DNA from: Pseudovirgaria hyperparasitica | Taxonomy: Eukaryota | Assembly: GCA_010093815.1 (NCBI GenBank) | Contig: ML996575.1 | Length of the DNA stretch: 64,000 bases | Direction: 5' to 3' (one strand) | Part shown: piece after piece, positions 34,655-50,345 of the stretch | Layout of the letters: each line of letters starts with the position of its first letter | Position numbering within the stretch: the stretch's first letter is position 1 | Position numbers and translations under genes: made by a program | Notes under the pieces: model-generated | The model's input: only the letters and a program-made list of their open reading frames with translations | The model's database searches: none | Told to the model about the DNA's origin: nothing

Positions 34655-37600
34655 GGCTTGGATATGAAACGTGTGCTGTATCATAGTTGTGCGAAGTGAG
34701 TGCGTGTGCATGTGACATGGCGCATTACTTTAGAACCGAGCGGGTCTGTATAGAGAGCCTAATAGAATAGAAGTTTGTAGTGTATACCACACAAGCCTCA
34801 TATCCCAATCGAATCTGAACAACATATTATGCCCGCACACGCCCTCCTCCGCCATCTACGTCCATACTAGCGCCTTTCCCCCAAACACTATTACCTATGA
34901 CATAAACATTAAGCAGTCATCACAACGTTCACGTTGCAGTAGCGAGGAAACAAGTAAACGTCTCGAAACAACCGAAACTCTTAGCTCGAGTCTTTTGATA
35001 GCGAGCGACATCACGTTTCGTCTTGGGGATATAATCAGCTAGGTGTAAGTGTGGAATGTTGAGAAATGGGCTTGCTTACGGTATAGATAAATATGTAGAT
35101 GTAAAGATGTATAGACTAATATATAAATATGTGTGTGCACAATATCTATGCGTATGTATGTACGTATATGTACGTCAGACTCTAGGGGATGGACTGGATG
35201 CGGTCCTATGCAAGGTCTGTCGAATTGGAGGACACGGACATAAAGCTGTGTGGAATATGTCTCGTTACGGAAGGAATAAGAATGAGGTGAGATGAAACTA
35301 AATGAGTCAAGTCGCGGTGCAAGGATGTTTGTAAGGGGGTCTGTGATAATGTGATGTCATCGTGGGTCCTTCTTTCTTTCTGTCTTTCTTCCTCTCTGAC
35401 GTCGTGGACTTTATTTTCTGGGGTGAAACCTTGTAAGAATAAGTACGGGGAGCGTAGATCGGCGGGATCCGAGAGCGAGGGATATGCTGTTTGGGGTGTG
35501 TTGCATGGTCTGAGTGTATGTGGATGAGCTGTTCGATGATGTACTTGCCTGAAGTTTTGTGGTGTAGTACAGGGAGACAGGCCTGACATGAAGCCTTACG
35601 AGGAATGCCGATCGTCACAGAGAGCGGATATTCATATAGTTGTATTGCAAGAGGATACAGATTCGGCCTATCACGCGCCCAACTCATGTCGAGGATACAG
35701 GGTCTGCTATTCGACATGTGGGGATCGTATGAGACAGGACCTACATTGGGCGCCACGAGAGGAGCACGTTCCAGAAATATCTGGTAACTATCGAGCCCAT
35801 GAAGGAGATGAGATGTCAAAGCCGACGTCGTACAGGAGTGCCGATGATGACTAGCGCGAGCCCTAGAACGTGTCCAGTATGGCAGCGCGGCCAGATACGG
35901 CGCCGTACGTATGGACCATCCATGTAGCCTCATATCGCACGACGCATAGCATCGAGATCGACGACACCGACGAGGTGTATCATGGAGTGTGTTGTTGGCT
36001 CCATAGCCCACGGATATTTTCGTACAGCGACAACCAAGTGATAAGCGCGTGCGAACGGTGCTTGGTGGGCGCTTCTGCGAGATGCATGCTGCAAGAAGCA
36101 CGTTTACCGAGCCATGGGTCTCCGCCAAAAGTGATGGGGTAATGGCTAAGGGTGGTTGGTGATACAACAGCAAGCAGCACACCAGCAACGGGCAGGAGTC
36201 GCAGCCTTGGAGCAATCGGAGAATTGTGCGAGAGGCAATTCAGCAATTGTTGTTGTTGTTGTCTGCGGACAGGGAGTGAGATGCATAATGCACTAGGCAT
36301 AGAATAGTGCAATGCAATAATGCACAATGCACAATGCAGGATTGCACAACAAACCGGGCAGTTTTTCTTGCCCGCAACACCAGAGGGGCAGCGCTGCCAA
36401 GAGCTGGTGATAATGCTCCGTGCGCATCGTCAGGCTCTCACCGCCTGAATACCGCCTGCTTTGGGAAGGCGCCACTGGCCACTGACTGATGCTGCCTTAC
36501 CTAGGTTCGCTTCGTTCCTTCCTGCCTTTACTCTTGGCAGCGTTTCCGACTCCCGTCGCTTCCAAGGTTGTCGCCCGCAATCGCACCTTGTCCGCTTTAG
36601 GCAAGTGGGGTGAATCGGCGGATGGAAACTTGGAAGGTCATCTGGAATGACTGCCAAGGTCAACAACGGCCATCATCCCCTTACTCTTTGTTCGAGATGA
36701 CCGTCTCTGTTGCGTGAGGTTTGACTGCAACACGAATGGTTTCTGCAACGAGCTCGTGCTCTTGGCTTGTTCGTCTTGTCTCGACCAGTATCCCACGAGC
36801 GCCGGCATTTGTGGCATCAGCTGTGCGCAGCAGCAGAAGATTGGCCCGCGTGGTGGACTAAGCAGTGATTGTGAACGCGAATGCCGTGTCTATCAAACAC
36901 GCTAGGGCTGTCTGAATGAGGCGACACGCCGAGCGCAGTGTAGATGGGTCCACCAATTGGCCGAACGATGTCATTGTGCAGATCATGTCGCACCTGATGG
37001 ATCGAAGTTCTCCATAGATATCTGAGTAGTTGCCATACAGTGCCCATCCATGACTTCTGGCCTGGGGATATCGCCGAGACAGTGAATATCAAAGGCCGGT
37101 GCGCATGTGTTGCCCAATGAGATGGGACACTGTGACATTGGCGCTCCGCGTGCCTACAGATAGTCAGCTCCGCGCGTTTACCACTGCAAGGAATAAAAAA
37201 CATTTTCGAGTCAAACACATCCCGAGGTAATTGTCGAGTAATTGTGGTGGTGGCGACGATGTTCAGTTAAGTGAGCAGCGAGCCTGAATGAAAGAGAATG
37301 TGGATGCACGGCACTCAATGCAACCAGGTGGATAATTTTCAGATAGAAGTATTAACGTGAGCTGAAGATGCAGTAAGCGGTCGGTCATGAAGGTTAAGCA
37401 GGACGTTTCCGTAGGCGCGGGCGGGTACCAGATGTCAGACCAGGGCCAGGGTCCACCACCACCACCACCGTCCAGCAGCAACTTCTTGGAGGGACAGTAG
37501 GAGAGTGATAAGTGAGAGGCAGCGGAATCTTGTTCGAGGGGGGGGGGTCTAAGGAGAGCCAGAGGGAGAGGGAGAGGGTCCATGTGATGGCTGCCACCAA

Positions 37601-39548
37601 CCACCACCATCCCACAGTTGTGATTAGCTGCCCACGCTCGCGCTCCAATCGTTGTTCATCGACCCTATCGGAAGAGTCGAGTCTGATTGTCTGAGCGGTG
37701 AAGGTGCATACTCTCAGACTCTTGTACGCAGTGCTAACCGGGATCATGGTACAACGAAATACATACTTAGGAAGTCCAGAGAGCCCGAGCGGACATGTCT
37801 GCGACTCGCAGTAGTATTCGTAATATCTCACGCACCTAGCAGACCATAATGGGCTAGAGTCGACGACGCAATGCAGCACCTGCACCTTCGCCCGGCAGCT
37901 GCATGGCCAAGACTAAGCCTCGATCACATCACACCTAAGACAGTATTATCCATGGCCATCAAGAGATTTCGTCGCACATCCTGACTCTCAGTGCGAGAGG
38001 GAGGATTGCCATAGCTGCGTCGTCAAGAGCTTGATGGATCCATATATAACAGTATGTGTACGTACACGAATCGCGACCGTCAGCGCGTAGTGGAGTTGAT
38101 CCACAAACGCAGCCTGCAAGCAGTGTCTGCATGAGATGGAAATCGATTTTCAGATCTGGACATGCCTTGTATCGTCGTCTGAAGAGTGGATGGAGCGGAA
38201 ATGCAGCGGCCAGGGTCAGCCGCTAAGCAGAGGTTCAGCCACCACCGGCATGCAGAGCTGATTGGTGTAGGCCGAATGGGCAACAGTCGAATGGTGTTCG
38301 AGTGACGAGGGAGATAGGCATCAGGAGGCGAGCTGGCTGTGAATCCGGGGTTCGCGGCGCGTTCAGTTGAGGTGTGGGCGTGATGCTGATGCTGATGCTG
38401 ATGGTGAGGCTTATCACCGCACCCTGAAAATCGGCCGATGACCGATGAGCAGTGTGAAGGGACACAAGTGAATTAATTATAAGACAAGAGTGTATATGGT
38501 GGTGGATGTAATTATGTATGCAGGTGGATGTTTGCAGGAGGCGGGCGGAGAATAGGCACAGGCATACCAGGCATAGGCAGGCATAACGAGCCCGTGCACA
38601 GGCCGTTCACACCCTTTTGGACCCTCAATTTTGTCGCGTCTCCGGCCCTTTTGCTCGGCGGCGGCGGGACCAGAAACGGGGGGGGGGGCCAAGCAAAAGA
38701 TGGTGATGGTGAACGCTGCTAATACACTGTAGATTTGGTGCTACTTGCTACCCATAAACCGCTACTGTGCCATGCATGCTCTCTCTCACATACTCTCTCC
38801 CTCTCTCTCTGCCGCATCCTCGTCCTCTTCTTCTAAGAAGCTCCCTACATACGTTCAGCTGGCTGAAACGCCTGCTCGTTCATCATCCTCCTCCTCCTCC
38901 TCCTCCTACCCACGGCCGCTGCTTTGCGTGCCTCCTTTGAGCCTCACCTGTCCGCCTCTTGAGCGGTGCGAGGCTTGTCCCACGGGCGATTGTTTTGCCC
39001 GTTTGGCGAACAACATACCAACGGCCTGCTGCTCTCTTGTCCTCGAGCAAGACCGGTCAATACCTTTCTTCGTCTACCTCTAGGCGTCTTTCGCATAATC
39101 ACCAGCCCCTGTCCAGTCATCGTACTGTGGCCCGTATCGCTGAGCTGCGTATCTGCATCCTGATCCCTTTCGAGATCGGAACTATCTCCACCCCGCGTTA
39201 GGCCAAATTCAGTGGAACTCTGTACGTCAATATTTCTACGGTCCCATAACGACATGGCTCTTGTTCTATTGTCATGTCTGGCCAGTTCTTTTCCAAGTTC
39301 TCCTGCAGAGTCACGCGCCTCTTTATTCACATCACACTTGAGTCATCACATTTGCTGACTTCTTTTCACAGCGCGCCCATATCCCAATCACTTCCCTGCA
39401 GATCCTGGGACTCATCAACCCCGCCACATTCACAGCGATCGCGCTTCGCCGTATACCGTTCGTTGAAGTACATATCCCTCCGATTTAGACTGCTCCCGTA
39501 ACGCCTACCTCATATCCTCATGCATACGCAGCTCATCACTCACAAACA

Positions 39549-42031
39549 ATGGACACTGAGGATGGAAAGATATTCATAAAGGTACGATCCTGTGTGATGT
39601 AAATTGGGATTCAGCGTTCTTCCATGGCAATCCAACTAACCCTCATCCGCTGCAGAACCTTGCATACTTCGTACGTACACACGAAAAGGCCCTTGCAAAT
39701 GCTCTTTTGCTGCAACGCCAGAATCCTCGAAATGTTACACAAGCTTCCGGAGGTAGCGCCTCTCCAAGCTCCCCTCCTCCATCAGCCTCCTCCGGTGGTT
39801 TTGTGTCTGGCTTTCCTCTTCCATACTTCGGCTCACAAGTAATAAAACCAGCTAAGCTGACTTTGACACCCCATCATCTCTTCTACCTGCTATCAAGATA
39901 TGAAGAGCTTGGCGTTGCAGTGGGACCTATGAATGTTCGTCTCGAGAACATTCACACCGAGGCGTCCCCTGCAAACTACGTGTCTTTCTTGAGCCAGGCC
40001 CAGCGCAAGAAGAGTCGCAATTCTGACCGAGATTCCATCCACTCTGTATCCAGCATGCGAAGTGTCATGTCAGGCATGTCTGCTCTATGGTCTACTCTTG
40101 GAATTGGTCCCACTGCCGAAGCGAGATCTGAAAAGCAAAAGGCCGTTGAAAAGGAAGACCTGAAATACCTTTATTCTGCCTTTACCAAAATACCATGCTT
40201 ACGATTGGCTCCGGACCATAAAGCCCGCTTGATTGCTGGATATGAAGAGTTTCCATTTGATAGTGCTGTTCCCCTTCATGTGTTCAAGACCATGAGTGCG
40301 CTTGAGATATGCGATGTGGACTTCCGCCAGTTCTATGGTTGGGATAGACTCGCTGAACAGCTGAAAAGTCTGACTCTCAAACGTGCTGGTATCGAGGATC
40401 CTGCAGATCTTCTGATACATATTGTCCTAGACGACATCGATAAGCGTCGGAAACGATCAGCTAAAATACCCCAATCTCCTGCACAGCCTTGGCCTGCAGC
40501 CAGTCCTGGTCCGAGATATATAGATATAGCGAGGTCTGGATCGACAGAGTCATCCCCAGATCTCTCTTCCCCCAAACATGTGCCTGGGCCCAGTCCACAA
40601 AATTCTCCCATGAAACGAGGCACCTCCACTCGTCAGAGAAGACGAAGTGTTTCTCCACCAGCCCGTCCAAAAAGCTCTAGACACGACACAGATACTTATG
40701 GCAGAGCCAGTACACCCAATATCCGCAGATCATCAGGTAGTTCAGCCTCAAGTCTCCATTCTGAAACCCCGAGAGGTAGTATGTCCAATCTCCTGACTAT
40801 GGGGTATTTGCCATCGACCAAGTGGCGATTTCTTCGTCATCTCAGTCTGGCCGACAATGGTCTCACTGCCATCTTCGCGACAAGCTTGACACCAGTGATG
40901 AACACATTACAGTCGCTTGACTTGTCATCCAATCTGTTCACGGAAATTCCAGACAGCCTGGCTTCTCTTGTCTCGCTTCGAGCGCTGAACTTGTCTAATT
41001 GTATGATCGAGTCGCTGCACTCCTTGGGCAAGAGTCCGCTGCCAGCTATCACAACTCTGAATCTGCGCGGAAATCGTTTGGGCTCACTAGCAGGAATCGA
41101 AAGGCTGCTCTCCCTTGAACGATTAGACATTCGTGACAACAAGCTCACAGATCCGACAGAAGTTGCCCGGTTGACAAGCTGTCCGAACATGCGTGAGCTT
41201 TACGTGCACAAAAACCCATTCACAAAGACACACGGAAATCACAGAGTCACCATCTTCAACCTTTTCCGCAACACACCTGGCTATTCCGAGGACATCACGA
41301 TTGATTCACAAGGGCCTGGCTACAGTGAGCGCAAGCAGCTGGTAGATCGCGCACCCGAACCGGTGTCCGTCCCCGTCGTGAGGCCACCTCCAGAAGATGA
41401 GAACAGGCCAGCGCCCAAGCCAAAGCCGGAGCCGGCGCAAACGAGGCCACCGCCGGACCCCGTGCAATCGTCTCGCTCAACATCAAGCCATCAACGAACC
41501 AGAAGCGATCTCACTTACGGATCACAGAAGAAACGAAAGGGGCCCAAGCGAAGGATCGTTGAACTGTCTCGGAATGACAGCCTCCAACAGTCTCATTCCG
41601 AGCTATCCACCATCACTCAAACAAGTCCTTTGCCAAGTCGACCATCTGTAACACGGGAAGATTATGGCGGGACGTTGCGTTCGACACCAACTCGACACAA
41701 GTCGGAGCCTCAAACAGCGAGCACACAATTACCACCACTGACTACAGTATTTGTACCTCCTCCCGTCGATGAGATTGCAGAGCAGCCAGTCAAATCGCCC
41801 CCAGAGTTCGATGTTAGCAATGACCTCTATAGAAAAAAGATAGAGGCGCTCAAGCAAGACTTTGGAAACAACTGGCTGAGCGCGCTTGGAGACGAGTCCT
41901 GGGATGCCAAACCTCAACAAGCGAAATACTCTGGAGGTGATCTAAGCCCATCTGTGGTGCTTCGAGCATCGGCCGGACCGACACGAACACCTAGCCAAAA
42001 CATTGTTTCCAGCGGTAGAACTCTTGGTTGA
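39549..42031 (+). CDS. Leucine-rich repeat protein (fungal, nischarin/STK11IP-like LRR block); exon 1 39549-39581, intron 39582-39655
   Basis: MDTEDGKIFIK|NLAYFVRTHEKALAN after a GTACGA..CTAAC..CAG intron. LRRs LRHLSLADNGL, LQSLDLSSNLF, LRALNLSNCMI, ITTLNLRGNRL and LERLDIRDNKL, with cap LYVHKNPF. Confidence 0.88.
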
Positions 42032-44353
42032 GCTTCTCTACCGCGAATGGTAACCTCACTGAGGCATGCTTGTTCGAGTATTGGAATTTACGATGACGAC
42101 TTGAGTACGGCCGTTTTGCATGAGTCCCGTCGACTGAAAGCAGATGCTTCAGATTTCCTTCCGTATACCATATTCATTACCAGGCGTTTGGCGCTACGAC
42201 CGAATCGCGCATGTCCTTTTTTTGCATTTTCCGAACTACATCAACATATCACCCTGCATAATGTTTCTCTTGCGAAAACTTCGTTTCTCATGCACAAGAT
42301 CTGTATCAGTAAGGCTGGAGGTTGCATTACACTTACTTCCCTTCTCTCTGACTATATGCCATTCTAGAGATATTTCTTTACATCATGGTGGAATGTGTGG
42401 ACCTTGTCTCATTCTTCTTCTTTCAAGCTACCAGCATGCGATAGAAGCCGGGGTATTGGTGGGTGGATCAGATTTTGAGTCTAAAATTTGGGTTAAAGGC
42501 ATGCGAGGTTGCGGGTCATTTGATACCCTAATGAATGCGAGCAATGACGGCAGTGGCCGTCGATTTTCCTGACGTATGCATGAAGTGATGAGGTGCAGAA
42601 AATTGTTATGCTGAATGTGCTGAACGCGTGTTGTGCTTGTTGGCTGCTCGGGACGTCTCCACAGTTGACGTCGAGCTTGCGACTGGCTCAGGGGCTTCTG
42701 GCAGCCTCAAGAGAGGCCCATGCCGGGGGCAACCATCCACTGTAAGATGCCCACGCCGTACGAGTCGTAGTTAAGTCAGCTTTGTACAAAACAAAAGACT
42801 CCGCCACATGAACGGTAGCGGACACCACAACCGCAACTAAAATCTTAGAATTATATTGCGATGCCGAGCGAATAATCTGGGGGAGTAGTAGATTCTTATA
42901 GCAGCGTGGCACAGCAAGCGGCGGGAACTTGGCACCGCCCAGTGGTCCCGCACCGAAAGGAACCTGGAGCAGCAGCAGCAGCCAGTAAGCCGTGGCGAGG
43001 CGAGACAAGGCTGGGGAGCCAGTGAGACTTTTTGCCATCTGTCTCTTCCATGCTGGTTACAGGTATTTATTGTTTTTAAATGTTGCGCAATTGGAATGAT
43101 GATACGCTGCTTGCACTCACTGGGCGCTTCGCCAGGCCACTTTCGCAGGTCAGCAGCGGGCGGAAATCTGCAAGCCCCTCCTGAAGAGCCCCCCCCGCTG
43201 CCCAGGTATCTCTTAGCTGGCCGCTGCTGGCCCACTTGGCTAACAACAGCCTCACACACTCTATCATATAGTTACGTACGGCAACAAGGAGGCATTACAA
43301 GTCGCCGCTGGGTGCCGACGTGCAGCTTGCTTGTGTGGATCATTAATTATTATATCTCTTCTTTATGGTTAAACGGATGTACTGTAGTAAGTAGCCTGTC
43401 GGTAGCTGGTCATTGTTAGCTACCTGTCGCCCACGCCACAGTCGGCAGAATATAGTGACGTACTGCCCAAACACACACACGTATGGAATAAATCGAGCAG
43501 TCCAATAGTTGCATCAAAGTTTACTCCTCTCACTATAATAGTCTGGCTGCTGCCCGCAAAGTAGAAAAAAACCTGGGCGGGATGGGGAGGAGGAAGGGGA
43601 ACGATTGGCGCGATTAGTATTATTTAGATTTACGTCCCTTTCAACGAGTCCGGGACCCAGCCTAGCAGCCATCGGGCGCCCGTCTTTGGGGGGGTGGGCG
43701 ACCTGTCTGTGAGCCTGTGAGGGGACCAAGAACCAACCAACTGAGACCTACTGGGCTCGCGCTCTCTTCAAACATTCCCGCGCTCTCTCTCTCTCTCTTC
43801 CAGTCTCTCTGTCTCTCTGGCTGACGCTCTAGCACGCCGTCTGCAAACTCAACATCACCGCGCTCCCAGCAATCTTCTCTCCACCATCATCTCTCTGCAA
43901 CTCTTTTCGCACGTTGCCCCAATCCCTCGCCACTTTAACGCCTTTCTGCACTCTTGTTGCCGACGTCCCAGACGCCTCCTCTCTCCTGCTCAACCACTCC
44001 TATTCGCGTTTTAGCGGTGAAAAAAGCTCCGCCTGCCTACTTTGCCCAAACCGCCAACTCTTCGGAGGCATCGCGTTCACAACAACCCCACGCCCACATC
44101 TCTTTTCGCTCACTCAAGCCATCTCCTTCGCTTTCGTCTCAATCGTCGCGGACAAGCTTTCCTATTCGAGACTTGACTCACGTCGCCCTATTCGCTGTCG
44201 CGTGATTCTCCCGTCGGCCTAAGGCACCTGTTCTTTCCCAGGCTTCTGAGCCTCCAAACTACAATTGAAGATTCGTGTAGATCACCACACAACTTCGCAA
44301 GCAGAAGATACTTCGCTTGGACGTGAGCCTCGACGCTCCTCCCATCACTCAAC

Positions 44354-44448
44354 GTAAGCACTTCACTCGTTCATTGCTCAACACCACGACTCGCCCTCAC
44401 TGCCCTCCGCGTCATCAAATTTTCAACTACAGACACTGACCAAAGCAG
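44354..44448 (+). other. Probable 5' UTR intron of PP1
   Basis: GTAAGC donor at 44354, ACTGAC branch site at about 44435 and AAGCAG acceptor (44445 or 44448). Confidence 0.6.
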
Positions 44449-44573
44449 CGTACAGACTCGGTCATACACCCTTCACGGATACACATACCACGGTGGGCAT
44501 CGCGTCTAGAACAGATTGAGAAAGCGTCTTCATATAACAACCTACTTTTCGTGTTCGCTTGTAACGGCCAGCA

Positions 44574-45751
<1,178 letters not shown>

Positions 45752-47266
45752 TCAACCACATTATAATGAAAATTATGACGAATATTCCGTGCAGCAGGTT
45801 CGGTCGCAGATAGACACTTTACGAATTACTCGCAACCTAATCGACCCGGTCCGACTCTCCGAACGGGCTCCAATCATACTTGTTACCGCCCATGTACCAG
45901 CGTCCCTACCAACGATTCGAACCGGCGCCTCGATTTGATCCAAGCTCATAAACCTTGGCAGAAGAGTTATTTGTTCTCATAACAAGGGACCGCGGTATGG
46001 TCCTTTGTTCGATACACGATCCGTGTTACTTTCTGCGGAAGGTGGCATGATAAGAGTGGAAAGAGCGTAGGAATGCAGCCTCCATACAACAGCTATAATG
46101 ACATGAATCGCACGCAGCGGGCAGCCGACGGTCGACTCCATGGTATCGGAAGGATGAAATTAAGACAATACGGCTGGCGGCTATGTGATTACTTCGGTCC
46201 AAGACAAGCGGGCGAAAGCTTTATTAGACATTCACCTTTCGAATGTTGCACTTCATGAGTATACTTCGAAATCGAATCAGCGGATACGGATCCATATCAC
46301 GTCTTTATGTTCCTGTAGCAGGTTTCCAGGCAGTTCCTTCCTTCATTTTGCTCTCCTTATGTTCCAACATCACTGTTCATTTGAGCTGTTCTTGGTCTGG
46401 ATGTGTGATACGCACCGAATAGTCTACCGGAACTATGTTTCCCTTCATTTCCACAAATGTTCTACTACCGTACTTTCTCTCAAACTTCTCCGCCAGTGAT
46501 GAGCACCGAGAGCCCCTAAGCTGGGATATTTGATTTCGACTGCCATGCCATACTGCTCATGTTGAATTCGACGACGACCCCACTTTCCATTGGCTGAAAA
46601 GGCGACCTCTCAGGGGCATAGAACATGGCTTTCTCTGTGGTACCACAAGATCCTACTATCCTACAAGATCAACCCCCTTTCCCTTGCTATTTATAGTGTA
46701 GGAAGAGCCTCTAGTATCGGAAGGAATCGGTTTTTTTAGTTAACCCCGGGCGTTTTGCGTATCTAAACTTTAGCGGCATGACACCAATGCTTGTGGCCAA
46801 GGACAGCCCGGTTCTCGTCATGCCAATATTAAAACAGCGTAGCAGATATTTCTAAATATATGTTATTTTGTGAGTAAAGTAAACAATGCCGTGTCTCCTG
46901 ACGTTCATTGGACGGGAACTAGCTTGGTAGGCGGTCTTGTAAGGAATAGAACGTACCGTCAATGCGGTCGCCTCGTGTCTAACTAGTCTCTATGTCCAAA
47001 AGAGCACGAGACTAGATTTTTTTCTGCGACTGTTTGCACTTCCATCATATCCAATTTGGATACAGTTACCCTCTTTTCTAGACTTTTCGAACCTGTGGTA
47101 TCAAAGATCTCTGTTAATTAGGGAGGCTTAGCTTGGCACTCCGCCCCGCCATTCCGCCCCGCCAAGTCCTATGAGCGGTAGACTGCACCCGGGTGCAACC
47201 ACCACGCGGAGCTCTAGTCTTGAGACCTTACGCTCTATCCACCATAACATCCAGCCTATGAACATA

Positions 47267-49432
47267 ATGGACCTCGGGGATGAAGGCAGCTCTCCATGGG
47301 GTGGTATGTCCAACCTTCCTTTCTTGCTCTTCTTTGCAGCGAATAAAGTCCAATCCTAATTGCGCAATACAGATGTACCGTCAGCGTCCCGCTCAAACTC
47401 CAGCCAGAACATACCGAAAGTCAAGGACAACATTGAGTCTTCTACTGTCCCAGGTACATAGACTGACAGGCTATATACTGGCGTAAAAGATGCTGATGTC
47501 AACATCGTAGAGGAAGACCAGTCTAAATCCGACACTCTAGCAGCCTCCTCTCCCGCACCACGAACCGGCGGCGCCAGAGGCTCTCGTATCAAGCGCTATG
47601 GCGGCCAATCCACCAAACTCGAAGCTGTAGACGATCCTCTAGGCCCCCTAGGAGCCTCATCAGACATACTTGGTAATTCGACACTTCAAGATGAGCCTCC
47701 TGCTCCGCCTCGCAAAGAGCAGCTCGCGCCGGTGCGGACACAGCGACAACCTACCTCGCCGTCTGCATCGCAGCCGTCTCTGGCGGGCATGATGGACTCT
47801 GTGAATTTGGAAGATGATGAGGATGACCCATACTCGCAACATCAGGGACCGCGAGTGCCGCCGCCTGTCCAGCCTGCTAGCAATGACCAGCGCAACAGAC
47901 AGAGCCAGCCGAGCGTGAGCGTGGAACAGGCTGCGAAGCCGAGTTTTCATATCAGTGTTGGAGACCCGCATAAGGTCGGCGATCTTACAAGCTCTCACAC
48001 GGAGTATCAGGTTCGCACGCAGGTAAGAGTTGCCTGTCTGTGATTACTTTGACCTTTGACTGATTAGGGTGTCTAGACTACGTCGAAAGCATACCGCCAA
48101 TCCGAGTTCTCTGTGTCACGCCGTTATCGAGATTTCCTTTGGCTTTACAATCAATTACACAATAATAGCCCGGGTGTGATAATACCTCCTCCACCGGAGA
48201 AGCAAGCAGTTGGTCGCTTTGACACAGACTTTGTGGAGTCTCGCAGAGCGGCGTTGGAACGTATGCTCAACAAGACCGCCCAGCATCCTATGCTCCAACA
48301 TGACTCCGACCTGAAGCTGTTCCTCGAAAGTGACGCCTTCAACGTTGATATCAAGAATCGTGAGCGCAAGGAGCCTCTGCCTACGGAGAGCAAAGGAATG
48401 TTTGGCTCCATTGGGCTAGGCTCCAGCTCCGGTAAATTCATCGAGCACGACGACTGGTTCGACCATCGCCGCATCTATCTCGACGCCCTTGAGACACAGC
48501 TCAAAGCACTTCTGAAAGCCACCGATACCGTCGTCGCCCAGCGCAAGGGTCTCGCAGAGGCTTGCGGAGACTTTTCCGCCAGCTTACACTCCCTCGCCTC
48601 CGTGGAGCTCTCGCCCTCGCTCTCGGGTCCGCTCGACGGTCTATCTGATATCCAGCTGCGAATCCGCGAACTGTACGACCGACAAGCACAACAAGACGTC
48701 CTTACCCTCGGCATCGTCATCGACGAATATATTCGACTCATTGGTTCCGTGAAGCAAGCATTCGTACAGCGCCAGAAGAGCTTTCACGCCTGGCACTCTG
48801 CGAATTCCGAGCTCGAAAAGCGCAAGACGACACAAGAGAAACTGCTTCGCCAAGGCCGCAGCCAGCAAGACCGCATCTCGCAGCTGCAGGCAGACGTCAT
48901 GGATGCAGAGCGTCGCGTGCACCAGGCACATCTGCTATTCGAGGACATGGGCCGCTTGATGCGCGCCGAGCTCGAGAAGTTTGAGCGCGAGAAAGTCGAG
49001 GACTTTAAGAGTGGCGTGGAGACGTATCTGGAGAGTGCTGTAGAGGCGCAGAAGGAGGTGAGTCTTGTGATGATTTATCCCCCCTTCCCTCCCCCCTGTT
49101 CAATAATACTTCTCTCCTCCTTTGATATATTCTATCACACACTCAAGAATCACCCTGCTAACATTCCCTCCCCCTCACAGCTCATCGAAATCTGGGAAAC
49201 ATACCTCATGCAACTCGACGCCGAAGAAGACGGCGCCCCCTTTGGCCATCCTGCCCCACCAGCCGGCATCGTCGCTTCGCCCTCGCCCGCAGACCATGAT
49301 ACGAAACAAGGTGGTGTTGTTGCTGGTGGACCCGAACAACAAGAACAAGAACAAGAACAAGAAGAAGAAGAAAGGGTGGAAGAAAGTGACAGGCTGGCGA
49401 GGATGGGGGAAAGTGGTGCTGTGAGCGATTAA
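47267..49432 (+). CDS. VPS5: Retromer sorting nexin Vps5 (PX-BAR); introns 47304-47372, 47454-47510, 48023-48076, 49058-49180
   Basis: MDLGDEGSSPWG|D start, DDPLGPLG, PX domain FHISVGDPHKVGDLTSSHTEYQV..RRYRDFLWLY..PPPPEKQAVGRF..FVESRRAALE, and BAR domain ending FEREKVEDFKSGVETYLESAVEAQKE|LIEIWETY. Confidence 0.95.
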
Positions 49433-49732
49433 TAGGCTTGTGTTTTATAAATCTTATAAGTAAGAGAGATGAAAGGAAAAAGAAGTAGAGGGAGAATTAC
49501 CACTGTTTTTAGGTGGGAATAATAGATTTTAGTCACCTATTTTGTATGGTGCGTGGTGCGTGGTGCAATATGAGATGTGTTTGAGATGAGATCTTGGGCC
49601 AGGGAGGCGGTGTGATTGCTTGATTGATTGACTGACTGACGTGACTGGTGCTGCCATATGCTCTGCGCCGTATATACCTCTGTGTATAGTCTGCGTAGGG
49701 GAGTATCTATGGATGACCGATCACAATGCTTT

Positions 49733-49792
49733 CCATCTATCTATCCATCTATCTATCCATCTATCTATCCATCTATCTATCTATCTATCTAT
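49733..49792. repeat. (CCATCTATCTAT)n / (ATCT)n microsatellite between convergent genes
   Basis: Directly visible. Confidence 0.9.
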
Positions 49793-50345
49793 AACATACC
49801 CATAATTCACAACCCAAAAAATAGGTCGGTTCTAGTTGGTTAGTTATTTAGGAGTGGAGTAGTAGCACGCTCTATAACTACAAACAAGTAGTAACACCAA
49901 GCGAGCTGTTCCAGGACATGTTATAACATGTCTCTGCCACGATATAGCACCATACCACCATATCATCATATACTTAGATAGTTAGTCAGATAGTTAGTCA
50001 TTTCGAGGGACATGGGCATAGAGCTTCATCATCATGAGCAGTACATTCAGAACAGAGCCCAGCCGTGCTTCAAACAGACCAGCCCAGGACCAGCAGCATA
50101 TCGATCGAAAAGTCTCATTTTAATGAAGCTAGAAAGACAAACGCTATCTAGGTGGTGCTTCGCGTCTCCTTCTTCTTCTACTTCTCTCCATCTCCATCAT
50201 CATCTAGGATCTAGGATTTCTCGAGCGATCAAAAGGGGGCAAACAGAACGACGACGACAAAACAGACTAACAACACATCTCAGGGGCTCACTTCCATTCT
50301 CCTTTCCACCCATCACAATCACCACCACCATCACCACCAACCAAC

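Noticed and set aside
35307..36215. 302-aa minus-strand ORF
   Set aside because: Non-ATG start, random composition and no recognisable domain.
39549..42031. LRR gene next to PP1 as the PP1 regulator Sds22
   Set aside because: Much longer than Sds22, with only about 5-6 LRRs and a different architecture, and no clear RVxF motif seen. Adjacency alone is not evidence.
49058..49180. 41-aa hydrophobic insert in the Vps5 ORF-track translation
   Set aside because: It is a canonical GTGAGT..GCTAAC..CAG intron that happens to be in frame and stop-free.
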